Shown one piece after another: positions 28,403-42,260 of a stretch of 64,000 bases of DNA; positions within the stretch are counted from its first letter, which is position 1; each line of letters opens with the position of its first letter. The notes under the pieces are model-generated. The model did no database searches. It had not been told where the DNA came from and was given only the letters and a program-made list of their open reading frames with translations. Both the position numbers and the translations under genes were made by a program. The stretch lies in assembly GCA_012295275.1 (NCBI GenBank), contig CM022675.1, positions 8,618,001-8,682,000 of the forward strand. The letters run 5' to 3'. Source of the DNA: Chrysomallon squamiferum. Its lineage: Eukaryota; Animalia; Mollusca.

Positions 28403-28839
28403 AGTTACAAAAAAGACAGCATTTAAATTTATTTTTTCCTTTTACAAAAAAACCAAACAAACAAAAAAAGCCTTTAAAGAAAACTACTTCAGAAAAAAAA
28501 AAAAAATTAAAATTAAAATTAAGGAACATTTGTAAAAAGTTTAAGAAATAAAACCTCTCTTGCTCTTTTGTTCTTTGTGTCTTTGTGTCTTTGATATATT
28601 TACTTTGCTCTCAAGATACTGGGCTGACTCACAATCCAAGACATCACATTGACTACAGTTTGTGTTAGCAAGTGTTTCATTTATTTATTTATTTTTATTT
28701 TTTTTTTTTTTTTCCTGTCTCCATTTTAATGACTTCCTTATCATATCATCGTAAATCAGCCATGATAAAGATTCGTTGTCTTTCAACACTTTAAAAAGAA
28801 ATTTGCTAATTATTTTTCAACATTTGTTTTGTTTAAATT

Positions 28840-29050
28840 ACCATCATGGTTCTTGTTCAACATTTAAAAAACATTTCCATCATGGTTTTTGTTCATTTAA
28901 AAAACATTTCCATCATGGTTTTTGTTCAACATTTAAACAAAAATTTCCTTCACGATTTTTGTTCAACATTTGAAACAAAATTTCCATCATGATTTTTGTC
29001 CAGCATTTCAAAAAAAAAAAAATGTCTACCAAGATTGTTCAACAGCATTT
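28840..29050. repeat. ~36 bp minisatellite (ccatcatggtttttgttcaacatttaaaaaacattt)
   Basis: 5-6 copies. Confidence 0.85.
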
Positions 29051-29220
29051 GTTGCTGCATTTCTAGAATGTTCTCTGATTCATTTTATCAGTCAATGAAT
29101 AAAGGAAACCTGCAGAATCACTTTTTACAGACGGATGTGAGAAATGGATGAATAATTTTAATTCACTCTTCTGTCCTTATTTATTAATGTAATTCATCCT
29201 TCATTCATTCAGCTGATCTC

Positions 29221-29532
29221 ATTCATCCTTCTGTTCCTCTTTCGGTCTCTTATCTTTCTGTTTCTCGTTCATCCATCCTTCTGTTCCTCTTTTGGTCTCT
29301 TGTGTTTCTGTCTCTCGTTCATTCATCCTTCTGTTCCTCTTTCGGTCTCTTATCTTTCTGTTTCTCGTTCATTCATCCTTCTGTTCCTCTTTTGGTCTCT
29401 TATCTTTCTGTTTCTCGTTCATTCATCCTTCTGTTCCTCTTTTGGTCTCTTATCTTTCTGTCTCTCGTTCATCCATCCTTCGGTTCCTCTTTTGGTCTCT
29501 CTTATCTTTCTGTCTCTCTTTCATCCATCCTT
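29221..29532. repeat. 50-bp pyrimidine-rich minisatellite, 6 near-identical copies
   Basis: atYcatccttctgttcctcttYggtctcttatctttctgtYtctcgttc with an exact 50-bp period. Confidence 0.95.
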
Positions 29533-29653
29533 CTATCTATCTCTCTCGTCCATCTCTCTGCACATCCTTTAATATCATTCATCATTTTTCCCAATCTGAT
29601 TCATTTGCTGCACCCATCCATCCCACTCACATTTGTCAACTTTACATCCCGAA

Positions 29654-29697
<44 letters not shown>

Positions 29698-29974
29698 AAC
29701 CATCTAAAAGAAAAAGAAACTACTCTTAAGAGAAAAAGATAGCTTCACTCATGTATCCAGCCCCTGACAGTTTTTAGATACATCACAAAAAGATAATCAT
29801 AATCCTCGGCAATAAAAATGTATTACGACTGCAAAGAAGTCACACCCAGTAATATCAGCGAAGGCTTTCATTGTTTTCGATAAAAAGACTTGTGTTACAA
29901 ACAGTTCACGTGTTATAACCATATTACTTTAATGGCAGGCTTTATCCTCAACCATGCTACCATGAATCCGAAAT

Positions 29975-30014
<40 letters not shown>

Positions 30015-30545
30015 ATTGATGTTTTTTTTTTTATGTATTGCTTTTCTTGCCCATACAAAAAAAAAATATGACTATTTTTTTTTTTTAAGTGACAAATTTA
30101 ATCTTTTTTTTTTGTGTGTGTGTAGGGTTTGTGGAGACATGACTTTGTAATTTTATTTTTTATTTTTTATTTTTTTTTTTGTTTCCGAATTTTTCTTTCT
30201 TGAGGTGTCCTTGAATCCATACATTTATAATAATTAATTTTTTATTATTTATTTATTTGTTTGTTTGTTTGTTTGTTTGTTGTTTTTTTTGTTTTTTTTT
30301 TTGAGTGATGAATCTAATTTCTTGTCTTTCCTTGGTCTGTTAATCCATATTTCTTTCATTGTTTTTGTACAGTTAAAGTTTCTTTTTTCTAAAATCCTAC
30401 AATTAAGATTCACTTAAGAGAGAACACAATATCAATTTACCAAGAAGAAAAAACTTCTCTTTTTTTCACATCGTTTTATTAAAAAGAACTGTAGTTTATG
30501 CAGGAATAACATCTGGGAATTCACAAGATCAAGTGTTCTTGTACT

Positions 30546-30625
30546 GTTCCAGCCAGTGTTCTTGACTGGTTTAGCAAAGACTATGGTATGTGCTGTCCTG
30601 TTTGTGGGAGGGTAAAGATTCATTG
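30546..30625 (+). mobile_element. Degraded fragment of a dispersed SINE-like repeat
   Basis: 30575-30614 matches 36138-36177 at 32/40 nt by manual alignment. The motif ttccagccagtg..gactggt..caaag..tggtatgtgct..cctgt..tggga resembles, from recall, the central domain of a gastropod tRNA-derived SINE. Confidence 0.55.
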
Positions 30626-31479
30626 TGGTTTATTTTAAAAAAAGGGGTCTTCATTAACAAAGATAGTTATATTTCTTTTTGTACTTCTTTTTTAATTCAT
30701 TCGGTAAGACATCCATTCTTCCTGGATTTTGTTCTGTTCAAACAATATTTCATTTTTTTCTTTTTTCTTCAATCCTTCTTTTTATTTTATTTTTTTGTTC
30801 TGTTCAAAAATCCTTCATTCTTTCTTTTTCTTGATTCTTCCTTTTTTTTTAATTTTCATGTTTCCCTGATGTTTTGATTCTTCCTTCCTTCATTCTTCCT
30901 TCCTTCTTTCTTATCATCTCTCTCCTTTTTCTATTCATTTCTTTGTTCTTTTACTCCATTCATTCTTTCTTCCTTCTCTCCCTCCATCTTTCCATCCTTC
31001 CTTCAAGCCTGGCAACAGAAGTAGAAACACTGCTAAATGTGACAGATTTGATTTGTTAGATATCCTTCATTGCCGGTTCCTGTCTTTCCTTATAGACATA
31101 TAAATGTCAAATCTTTAAATGTTGGTGTAAAAATATACATTTAATAAGCAGCAAATGTCAAAACCTGTTATGGGTTTTTCTTAAATTAAAGCGGTCTGGT
31201 ATTTCTGAAAGATAATGATAAATCTGAAAGAAGAATTCTAACCACACCTTATATCAACATATAAACTGATCCGTGTGTGTACATAAATACGTATCTGGAA
31301 AACATACCCATACCCACCACCCACATCCACACACACATGCACACACCCTCCCACACACACACTCACACACACACTGTCAGATAAATACACATCTTAGCAG
31401 GTTTTACTTAACAGATAAAAATAATCTTTTTTTTGCACATCCAAAATTTTCACAGCATATTCCCTTGTCATAATCATTA

Positions 31480-31825
31480 GCATAACAGGATGATTACCTG
31501 CTATGACCAGGATGATTACCCACCATAACCAGAATGATTCAACTAGTTCAACTGTAGTCAGGATGATTGCCCACCATAACTCAGATGATATTCCTACCAT
31601 ACCCAGGATTATAAAATGACCATAACCAGGATGATATAACCACCATAACCAGAATAATTCCCCACCATAACCAGAATGATTATCCCCAATAACAAGAATG
31701 ATTACAGGATGATTACCGAGCAGAGACGGAATGATACGTCCACCTAATAATAACCAGGATGATTCTACCGTAACCAAAATGATTACCCTCTGATTATACC
31801 CAAGCATGGCAGGGATGATTGCCCA
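31480..31825. repeat. Degenerate ~21-24 bp minisatellite (ccaccataaccaggatgatt)
   Basis: Periodic motif. Confidence 0.8.
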
Positions 31826-32605
31826 TGGGTTATTTACTGAGCCCTGGAGGAGCCAGTGGTTTGTGGAAAGGGATCACACACCCATCTTTGAAGTTAATGA
31901 GGCATAATGGCTGCAAAAGCTGTGAAGAAAAGACACTGAGGGGGTGAAGCAATTTACCTAGCGACCCCATGTCCAAAGACAGGCCACTGTAATTGATAAT
32001 ATTGTGAAGACCTTTTTGTTCCAGCATTAAAGAGGGGTCCACGTTCAACAATGGATGTCTGCATCCAGTGAAAGCCTTCAGTGATGAAAGCTTCAAAAAA
32101 AGAAAAAGAAAAGAAAAGCCAAAGCAATCATTGCTCTTCCACTACATTGGTTATGTTAAGATTGCCGTGCACCGTATTGTTTTCTGCTAGTCGCGATGGC
32201 GTGATGGTTAATCCACTGAGTTTTAAGATTAGTGGGGAGATGTATGGAGGTTGTTAAAAATGTATTTTCAAATATTGGCTGAAGAGGTTCAGAGGTTTTG
32301 AAAAGTTTTGAGAGCTAATTAAAGAGATACAGAGCTAACAGAAGTGGTATGATTTACTATTGTAAGATCTCGTTTTATCTATTATGTTAACGTACTAACA
32401 CAACCAGTAAGTGTAGGTATATTTAAAATGATTATTGTCACCCATTACAGTTCTGTACAGACTTTATTTATTGGTTGGCATTCACCATAGTAATTTTCTT
32501 TGGTGATAATGTTAGCTACTGTAATTCCATTTTATTTTATTTTATTTTATTTTATTTTATTTTTTTATTTTTTATTTTATTTTTTATTTTATTTTTTATT
32601 TTATT

Positions 32606-32636
<31 letters not shown>

Positions 32637-33359
32637 TTTTATTTATTTATTTTATTTATTTATTTATGTATTTAAATTAAAATCATTAATATATCTATTC
32701 AAAAAATGTTGATTTTATTTAATAATACTTTCAAAATTATTATTTTTATTAACAAAAAAAAAAAAAAAACGATGTAGAAAATAAATTTAAAAAACAAATA
32801 AAATTAAAACATAAAAAGTTAGAACATTCAACTTGCGTGTATATTAAGCACTGTCTATTAGGTATTATCAGATTAAAAGCAACCTCACCGTTTTGCAATT
32901 TTTGGCACTTGTCATCAGGTGATCAGTGATGTGGAACATCAGAAAGCCGTGGAACTCAGTGTAAAATCATAAACCAGTCACAGAATTCCGCACATTGTCA
33001 CGCACTGCTCGTTTGGCATGGATCACAAATTTTTAGCACTAGAAAACACTTTATTTTTCTTCACGTTTTGGCATTCCACAGTTATTTGTTATTTTTTTTT
33101 CTGTTATAATTCATCATGTTTTTATTTTTTACTCATTTCCTTTCGTGTGTAAGTTATTATTAGAGGTATTTGCAGTTTGTTGTTGTCATTATCTTTATTA
33201 TAATTATCATCATCATATTTATTTATTATTTATATTATCATCAGCATTATTATTATATAATAATTATTTTCAGTCACTTTTATTAAATAAGTAACTGATA
33301 TAATATGAAAATATTTTCTTTTTTTATATTATTTTGTAAAATTAAATGATATTACCTTT

Positions 33360-33775
33360 ATTATGTCCAGAAAAGCATACGTGAACCCTAAACAAACATA
33401 TATCATTACATTTTATCATCTTTGTCATGTCCAGAAAAACATACATGAACCCTGAACAGATGTCATTAAGGTACATTAGCAGGAAATTGTGTTGGAATAA
33501 ATCTGAATTAGAAATTGCAGCAGGTCTGTATCATCATACCATTAAATTACACTATTCTTAATATGTCCAGAAAAGGATACATAAACCTTGAACAAACAAA
33601 AAATAATAATCACTGAACTGCATTACCAGCAGTTTGTGCTTGAACAAATAACGATCAGAAACAAATGTTTGAACTTTGGTTAATTTGTAGGCAGGCATTA
33701 AACCGTTAAATACAACTATTTTCAGCATGTCCAGAAAAGCATGCATTAATCTTGAACAAACACATATATCATTAA
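33360..33775. repeat. Four copies of a ~36-bp motif (atgtccagaaaa.catac.tgaacc.tgaaca)
   Basis: Copies at 33363, 33427, 33563 and 33727. Confidence 0.75.
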
Positions 33776-34327
33776 ATTACAACACAATCAGTCACGTGCG
33801 AATAATTTTCCTTTTTTCGATCCTTCTTCTTCTTCTTCTTCTTTGTCTTCTTCTTCCGTGCAATTAAGGAGACAGATAATGAATTGAGATTGTATCAAAA
33901 ATCTCCATGACTACTTAACCTCTGGGAAAGGACCCACACACTTCCCATTAACATTTCCCCATCCCTTTTTTTTCACTTGTGTACAAACTGTTCTGGATGA
34001 CCAGTCTATTGTCCAGCAGCCTGTGTTACATGGTGGTCAATCGCTGACCGCCAACCCCCCCAAACAAACCTCCGACCCATTGTTTTGTTGGTCACTGATG
34101 GTCAGTGAGACATACTTCTGGATGTGGTTGTGGGGGAGAAAGGGGGTGTCTGGTGACAGATGAGGTATTGTTGGGAAGGGAACCTCATCCCTCGACAATG
34201 TTTTTGTGTTTAGAGAGAGGTTGTTTGGCGAATGTAATTGTGTGCGTTCAGTGTTAGGCTGCAGTCCACTACATAATTAAATCATGTTTTTACACTGTTT
34301 GCCATGTGGAATGACAGGTTTCCTAAC

Positions 34328-35190
34328 CAGCTGAAAATACTGCTGGATTTGAGGTTTGGAAACTGGACGTTTTTTTTTTTTGTTTGTTTTAAACTGATCA
34401 AAATACTGCTATATTTGAGGTTTGGAAAATGGACATTTTTTTTTGTTTGTTTTAAACTGATCAGAATACTGTTAGATTTGAGGTTCGGAAACTGGACGTT
34501 TTTTTTTTTTTTTTTTTTTGTTTTAAACTGATCAGAATACTGCTAGATTTGAGGTTTGGAAACTGGAATTTTTTTTTGTTTGTTTGTTTTAAACTGATCA
34601 TAATACTGCTAGATTTGAGGTTTGGAAACTGGACATTTTTTTTTTGTTTGTTTTAAACTGATCAAAATACTGCTAGATTTGAGGTTTGGAAACTGGAATT
34701 TTTTTGTTTATTTTAAACTGATCAAAATACTGCTAGATTTGATGTTTGGATGAATTTTTTTTTTTGTTTTTTGTTTAGATTTGAGGTTTGGAAACTGGAC
34801 ATTTTTGTTAATTTTAAACTCAAAAATAATAAAATTTGATGTTTGAATTTTAGTTTGGAAACTGGATAATTTTTATTTAATTTAAATTGAAAAAAATATG
34901 CCTTTTTGGGGTTTGGAAATTGGAATTTTTTATTTAATTTTAAACTGATAAAATTATGCCTAGATTTGGGGTTTGAATATTAGAATTTTTATATAAGCAG
35001 ACTATTTATTTTAGTAAAAATATACTAGATTTAAAATTTAGATATTGGAATTTACAATATGAGCAGTTTATATTAATTCAAAACTGGAGAAAATATATTG
35101 CTGCATTTTAATACTGGAGTTTTTGTGTTGAAATTTTAAAGCACATGACAAAAATACTGCTAGATTTGAGGTTTGGATATTGGAATTCAC
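34328..35190. repeat. ~60 bp minisatellite with a variable poly(T) (aaactgatcaaaatactgctagatttgaggtttggaaactgga)
   Basis: About 7 well-conserved copies, then progressive decay. Confidence 0.9.
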
Positions 35191-35675
35191 AATTTAAATA
35201 GTTTACATTTATTCAGCATATTGCTATATTTTTAGTACTGGAGTTATATAGTGTCAGTCTTTTATGTTGAAACTTTAAACCATGTTTCATAATCATTTGA
35301 AATTACTGGTTGATTTCATGTTTCAATATTGAAATTGTAACCTGTTTTTCATTATTATTTTTTTGTTTTTTTTTTGTTTTTCTTTTTTGTTTGCACTTTT
35401 TTTCCCCCATTAATTCATGTCTCAACATTGTGACAGTAGCTAATGTTAATTTTATAGACAGCCATTTAAATGGGGAAGTGCTTCATTATTTTATTTTTAT
35501 TCTGGAAATAGCAATTATTCTCGTGATAATGTTTCTTTGGTATTTTGTGTTTACAACTTTACAATGATGCATCTCTCCATTTATTTTATTCATTTTCTTC
35601 TTTTTTCCACCCCATTTTAATCATTATACATTTTATTTTTTTATATCAGTAAATTGATAAATGAGTTAATAAATT

Positions 35676-35707
<32 letters not shown>

Positions 35708-35937
35708 TAAAATAATTAAGCAAATACATAAAAAATAAATACATAAACAAATATATTAAAAAAAAAAAAAGGAAATAATAAAAATAATTAAGCAAATACA
35801 TAAATCAGTTTCTTAGTTAAATCTTAATCCACTGATTAATTTATTTATTTATTTATTTATTGCATTATTTGTTTTATCTTTCCCTACCTAAAGTACTGCC
35901 ACAAATATATCAAATATGCTTACATTTTGTTTTTCAG

Positions 35938-35967
35938 TGAACTACTGCTATGTGGAGAATATTAAAG
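35938..35967 (+). other. Candidate 30-nt microexon
   Basis: Branch-like gcttac plus a pyrimidine tract attttgtttttcag, then 30 nt, then AAG|GTAATT. Confidence 0.4.
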
Positions 35968-36121
35968 GTAATTATCTGTAAATAATAACCAGGTTTATAC
36001 AAAAATAAGGACACAGCCTTAAGCATATTATAACCCAGAAGATAATTTGTGGTTATAAAATTTTGCTACTTGAGCAAATAGAGTCAAATTTAAATTTGAA
36101 AATTTTCTTTTCTCAAGATAC

Positions 36122-36320
36122 CTCTGGACTTATAGATCAAAGGCTGTGGTATGTACTCTCCTGTCACTGGGAAGGTACATAAATAAAATTAATTGCTGCT
36201 AATTTAACGAAAAATAGCTCATGTAGACCGTGATATGTGTATGAAATAGATATTGTATAGAGGTGTGATATAATAGTTAACTGTTTGGATGGTGTTAAAT
36301 AAAATATTTTTTCTTTTTTT
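36122..36320 (+). mobile_element. Degraded SINE-like repeat (central and 3' part)
   Basis: Shares its core with the 30.6 kb copy and ttgctgctaat with the inverted 50.2 kb copy. Ends in gttaaataaaatatttt plus a simple-repeat tail. Confidence 0.55.
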
Positions 36321-36324
36321 CATT

Positions 36325-36359
<35 letters not shown>

Positions 36360-37463
36360 TTTGATTAAATAAATATCACTATTCAAAATATATACTTTTT
36401 TAGTATTACTTTATTATTATTGTAATTTTTATTATTTTTTGTTATTTTTCTTTTTATAGTGGTTACTATATCTGTTGTTTTTATTATTACTGTCACTGAT
36501 ACTGTTATTAAATTATTTGATTTTTTGTATTTATTATTACAATAAATGTTGTTATAGATAAAATATAAATTTAAAATATATATAACATGACATTATTAAT
36601 AATAATAATGTCTGTTTCAAATTTATATTTTAATTACTGCAACTACAATAATTATTTTTGTTATTATTACTGTTGTTGCATTGTTATTATTATTGTTGTC
36701 ATTATATTACATCAATTTAAATTGTGTGTATGTGTGTGTGTGTGTGTATGTATGTGTCTAAAAAAAACCCTGTAACATTCAAAATACTGACATTTTCATT
36801 CAAACACCAACTGTGATTTCAAAAGTCATATTTTTTCAATTTAACACACATTTTGGCTTCAATCCAGAAGAACTGGATATTTTGAATACGACTCCAGAAA
36901 ATTAACTACTCACTTGAAAATGTTGGATGCCATGAAGTCATTTGTATGTTAAACCTGGTATTGTTCACAATATAACAGACGTTACAATGAGAGAGGTTGG
37001 GTTTTTTTGTGTGTGTGTGTGTGTTTTTTTTTTTTTTCAATATAAATTAAAAAATTACAATATGTTCTCCAATATCAGAGAAAATTGAAGAGTTGCAAGA
37101 ACTCTTTTGTGTATGAAAATTAGAAAAAAAAAAAAAAAAAAAAAAAAATTCTATGGAGTGGTGGTATATGTTTTGAAAAGGTTTTTGCATAAAGTAATTT
37201 TTTGTGACTTTTATGATTTAAAAAGGAAAAAAAAAATATATTATTATTAATTTTTTTTTGTTGGTTTTAATTTAATAATTTTTTTGGAATATGTAATTTT
37301 CAGTTTTGAAATTTATATTGTTGGTTTTTCTGTCTGTGTTTTTTTTTTGTATATATTTTGCACCCCTTTTATTTAAAATTTGAATTTTAAAATACTTTCA
37401 TATATCCTTTCTATCCACCTTTTTGTCTGTTCATGTAGCTTTCATACAAAAGTAATGACGATA

Positions 37464-37495
<32 letters not shown>

Positions 37496-37834
37496 AACAT
37501 GCATATACATCTGAGCTCATTCTTCCTTTTTTTATATCCTTTCATCCATCTGTCCATTTTATAATTTTCTTCATACACAGTAAGAAATGTGTTATTTCAA
37601 AATCTATCTGTCACTTGACAAACATCCATCTTTTGTTCCTTCCATCTATCTAAACATCCACCCTTTTATTAAATATTTTAAAATTTTGCTTAACACACAA
37701 TACTGTTTCAATTTCTGTCATTTCACAAACATCCATAATTATGTGCATCCATCCATCCTTCCATCCATCCATCCATCCATCCATCCATCCATCCATCAAT
37801 TAAGTATTTTTCAATTTTTCAATTTTTCTTTCAC

Positions 37835-38131
37835 ACCCAGTCGGAAATGCGTTACTTCAGTTTCTATCTGTCATCTTGACAAACACGCGTACAAGTTACA
37901 ATCAGCGCTGAGATCAACGCGAATGCGGACAATTGCAGTCTCCATTTGCCAACGTCTGTGTCGGGCGCGTTGTCGCGGGTGTTGTCAGAGTGGTGTGTTA
38001 CACTGAGGCTATTCAATCTGCGACACTTCTCCCAGTGTCGTCTCAACTCCACAAACAAGATTGCCTGTCTGTGATAAAAAAAAAAAAAAAAAAAAAAAAA
38101 AAGGTGATGCGGGGAAAATTCAGGAGTAAGT
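37835..38131 (+). promoter_or_regulatory. CpG island, candidate alternative promoter/first exon
   Basis: Densest CpG cluster in the window (acgcgt, agcgct, gggcgcg, tcgcggg), an ETS-like CGGAAAT, and a GGA|GTAAGT donor at 38126. Confidence 0.5.
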
Positions 38132-39979
38132 CCTTGGCAAGTCACACAACACAATAGGTGAACAGACATCTTGTAATTGGATTTTGGAGCTTGTGCAGAA
38201 ATTCTCAAACAAAACAGTCGACAAGGGAGTGGACATGTTTTTTGTGTTTTTTTTTCTTCTTCATTTTTCCCCCGTTGAAGTTAAAAAAAGAAAGAAAGAA
38301 AGAAAATAATAATAATAATAAAAATGCACTGGTACAGCATACATGGTTCTTACACTAAAATCATCAAGTGGAAATAATTAGACTTTATAATGAGGTTTAT
38401 TTATAACATAGCGTTCGGTTAAAATATAATTCACTAGAATAATAAATTTGTATCATTAAATAGAAAAATTAAAACTGGATTCTTAACTTGTACTGGATTT
38501 GGTTAAGAAAAAATATTGTATTTCATCATCTTTTTATTGCTTTCTTCTTAATATTATTATTGTAACATTATTATTATTATTATTATCATCATCATCATTA
38601 TTATTATTATTATAGTTAGTAGTTACACTAGTTGTAGAAATAGCTGTAATAATGCTGTAGTAGTACATATCATCATCATCATTACAAAATATAAGATGAA
38701 GAAATAATATATCAGTATTCATAAATTGTTTCAAATGAAAATATTTCAGCAACAAAATAACTAAAAGTTTTGAATATTCATAAGAAAAATATTTTTTTTA
38801 AATTTCATTACTGTTGTAGTATTTCTCAGAATGTATAGAACCACAACACATACAAACATACACACCCCATACACCTACTTAAGTATATACTATTTAACCA
38901 GAAACAAACTGTTGAAAATAAAGCGTTATTTCACCCCATCAGATACTCATTGTATTAAACATAAAGCATAACAATGCTATCTCCTCGGTACTGGTATATA
39001 TCATTCGTATGTGGGCCCCCTTACTATTAAAGTTAAAATGTGTTGATGTTTCTAAACAAGTGTTTGTGTAATCAGATCTTGTCTGCATATATTTGAATAA
39101 TAACACACAAAGGGTTAATATGATATGTCAGCGCTATTGGTTTAGTCTGAATAGACTTTGTTTGGAATTGTGAATTATTTTTAGGTACGTGATTGTAAAG
39201 GGCAATGTGGTGCATTCTATTAATACAAATCCTTGTTTGATTAATAAGCATGTATAGGAATAAGTATAAATATAGGTGTGAATGTATCTGTGTGGGTGTG
39301 CATGGGTGTATGTATGTATGTATGTAATATAACCCAAACATTTTTATAAACAAATGCATATACACATACATATTTACTTACAAAATAACATACAGTAAAG
39401 GTAATATAATCACACATACAGATACACATATATTAAGGGAATACGCAGGCACAAAATATCTACTTATTAATACCTCCACAAACAGACACACATACAAACA
39501 TATAAAGATAAACATAACAAAACACATATAGACAAGCAAATACATGCACATACAAACGTGCATACATATTTTTACAAATTCCTTCATTCTTAGACATATA
39601 CACTGAAATATATCTATTTACACATCAGTTCTTATTAAAAATACTAAATATTAATTAACACACACACACACACACACAAGCACATACTATTGTACTAAAA
39701 GGCACTCTGACATATATACATACAAGCTTATACTAACTAAATATGAATCACAAACGTCAAATATGAGGTAAACAATAATACATACACATACATACATACA
39801 CATACATACACACACACATACACACAATTAACTAAACAATCTCGACTATTAATACTTCCTCACCAAACCCCCTGAAGAAGAAGAAAACAAACAAAAAACA
39901 AACAAAAAAAAGAGAGAGAAGAAAAAAATTTCAGATTTTTATTTTATTTTATTTTATTTTTTTTTCTCTTCTCTCCACA

Positions 39980-40770
39980 TAGTCGTGTTTACAACAGAAA
40001 GGATATCAGTTTCAAATTACCATATGGCGCACAGCTCCCAGGCTGCTACAAAGTCGACTCCCCTTCTTTTGACCCATCCCACCTCGCCAACAACTGCCCT
40101 TGAATGTGGATAAATATAGATCACGTGGAGGTATTTCCCCTGACAAGCTTTTTCAATGGGTTGTTCCTCGTCTTCACTGGAGAGAGAGAGAGAGAGAGAT
40201 GTGCTTTATTCTCAGCGATCGTTGTTTTTTTTTTTTGCCATGCCCATTGACGTTCATGCATCAGTGACTGCCTTTGGATCGGTCCCACCCAACAGGCTTT
40301 ACACCAAAGGCAGAAGAAAAAAAGAAGAAGAAGAAGAAGAAGAAGAATAAAAGAAAAAGAAAAAATTAAAGAAGAAAGAGAGAGAGAGAAAGAGAATTTA
40401 AAACAACGAGTGCAAAGGTAGTTGTTTTTGTTCACAGCTCTAGATGTGTATGCGTCGGTGTGTGTGTGTGTGTATATATTTTGGACCAGCGTGTTATGTT
40501 CGGTCTCATCGAGCTGGTTGATTTTACATTAGGGAAGTTTTCTCCCCTCACATCTCTCTCTGTGTTCTGTGTGTGTGTCATCGTCGTAGTGGTACATGTG
40601 CTGGGTTTATTTTCAAGTTCTATGTCTTCGTTGGTGTTGTTATAATAATACTGTGCAGATTTTTCTTTACTATCTTGATGGCTGTGGAGACCAGTGCCTG
40701 GAATACCTGCAGATAAAACACAACAGGAGGGAAGTTTTTCTGTTGGTGATTTTGTTTTCTCTTACAGGAT
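39980..40770. promoter_or_regulatory. CpG-retaining promoter/5'UTR-like island
   Basis: Many CpGs, CACGTG 40122-27, TGACGT 40248-53, and GA and GAA tracts typical of animal 5' leaders. Confidence 0.45.
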
Positions 40771-40779
40771 GTTTTTGAT

Positions 40780-41260
40780 ATTGTTGTATGTATTACTGTT
40801 ATTTCTAGTACCATGTTGTATTCACAGTTATTCCTATGTATTATTGATTATGTTGTTATTCCTAGGAATTACTGTACATACTGTTATTCCTAGGAATTAT
40901 TGTACATACTGTTATTTATAGATATTATTGTGCATACTGTTATTTATAGATACTGTTATTCCTAAATACTGTTATTTATTGATTTCATTGTATATACTGT
41001 TATTACTAGATATTACTGTACATTCTGTTATTCCTAGATATTATTGTATTTACTGTATTCCCAGGATTTATTCTATATACAGTTATTCCTAGATATAACT
41101 GTATATGCAGTTATTCCTAGATATTACTGTATGTATTGTTATTCCTGTTAATCTTAGCTATTATTGTATACACTGTTATTCCCTAAATATGATTATTTAC
41201 ACTCTTAATTGTAGATATTATTGAATGCACTTGTAACCCCCCTGTTCATTGTATGTATTG
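40780..41260. repeat. ~28 bp minisatellite (tactgttattcctagatattattgta)
   Basis: Periodic motif. Confidence 0.8.
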
Positions 41261-42211
41261 TTATCTCCAACTATTATATACAAAATACAGGTGCAGCAAT
41301 AGTAGCCAAAATTAATAACACTGCAAATATTTTAAGATAGCAAAAATATTGTCACTGGGATTCTAGATAATTCTAGAAAATAGGATAATAACAGGGCAAA
41401 TAGGACAACAAGAAGTTAATAGTTAATGTTATAAAAATAAGTAAAATTATTTTGATACTGCACTAGATAGGATTATAATAATAAAAAATTAAGACAACAT
41501 TTCTTGCTATAAATATCCTATGTAACATTTACAATGATAAATTATGTTTTATAGATAATCTGTAAGTTATAATGATAAATAATAACATTATGCTGAAATA
41601 TTGTTCAAATATGATATAACTGTTATGATAATTACTAAGTTAATACTTGCAGTATTCTTCTGATATTAGTTTTCATAATAAATGATTTCATACTGCAATA
41701 TTCTTGAGATAGTATATATATAATATATAATAACTTCATATTGCAATATTTCAGCGATAGAATATAAGAATTATTATTATGAAAAATTTTATACCACAGT
41801 ATTCTTCATAAAAAATATAATATTTATAATAAAAAAAACTCCATACTGCAATATCATAATAAATAATATCCTAGAATTAGGATAACTTAATATATTAATT
41901 AAGTAATTCCATACTCACTATTTTCTAAATTTACAAAATACATAATAAATAATGTGAAACTATATATATAGTTTTCACAGATAATAAATTAACTTCATAG
42001 TGCAATAATTTTGATATATAACAGTACATAATTATGATAAGTAATTTATTACATGCCTTTGAATGCTGCAATTTTGAACAATTAGCATATAAAAATATAG
42101 GATAAAATATGTTCTTTATATTATTATTTGAAGGCAGCATATATCCTTTAACAGGATTATAACAAAGAAAAATATTGCTTACTATATTTTTATTCAGTTA
42201 TCAGATACTGC

Positions 42212-42260
<49 letters not shown>

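Noticed and set aside
31830-32190. 88-aa minus-strand ORF and a 54-codon plus-strand frame in a GC-richer patch
   Set aside because: Non-ATG start or no donor, and no recognisable domain. More likely regulatory.
33360-33775. CRISPR-like repeats with unique spacers
   Set aside because: Eukaryotic context, degenerate repeats, irregular spacing (64, 136, 164 bp) and no cas genes.
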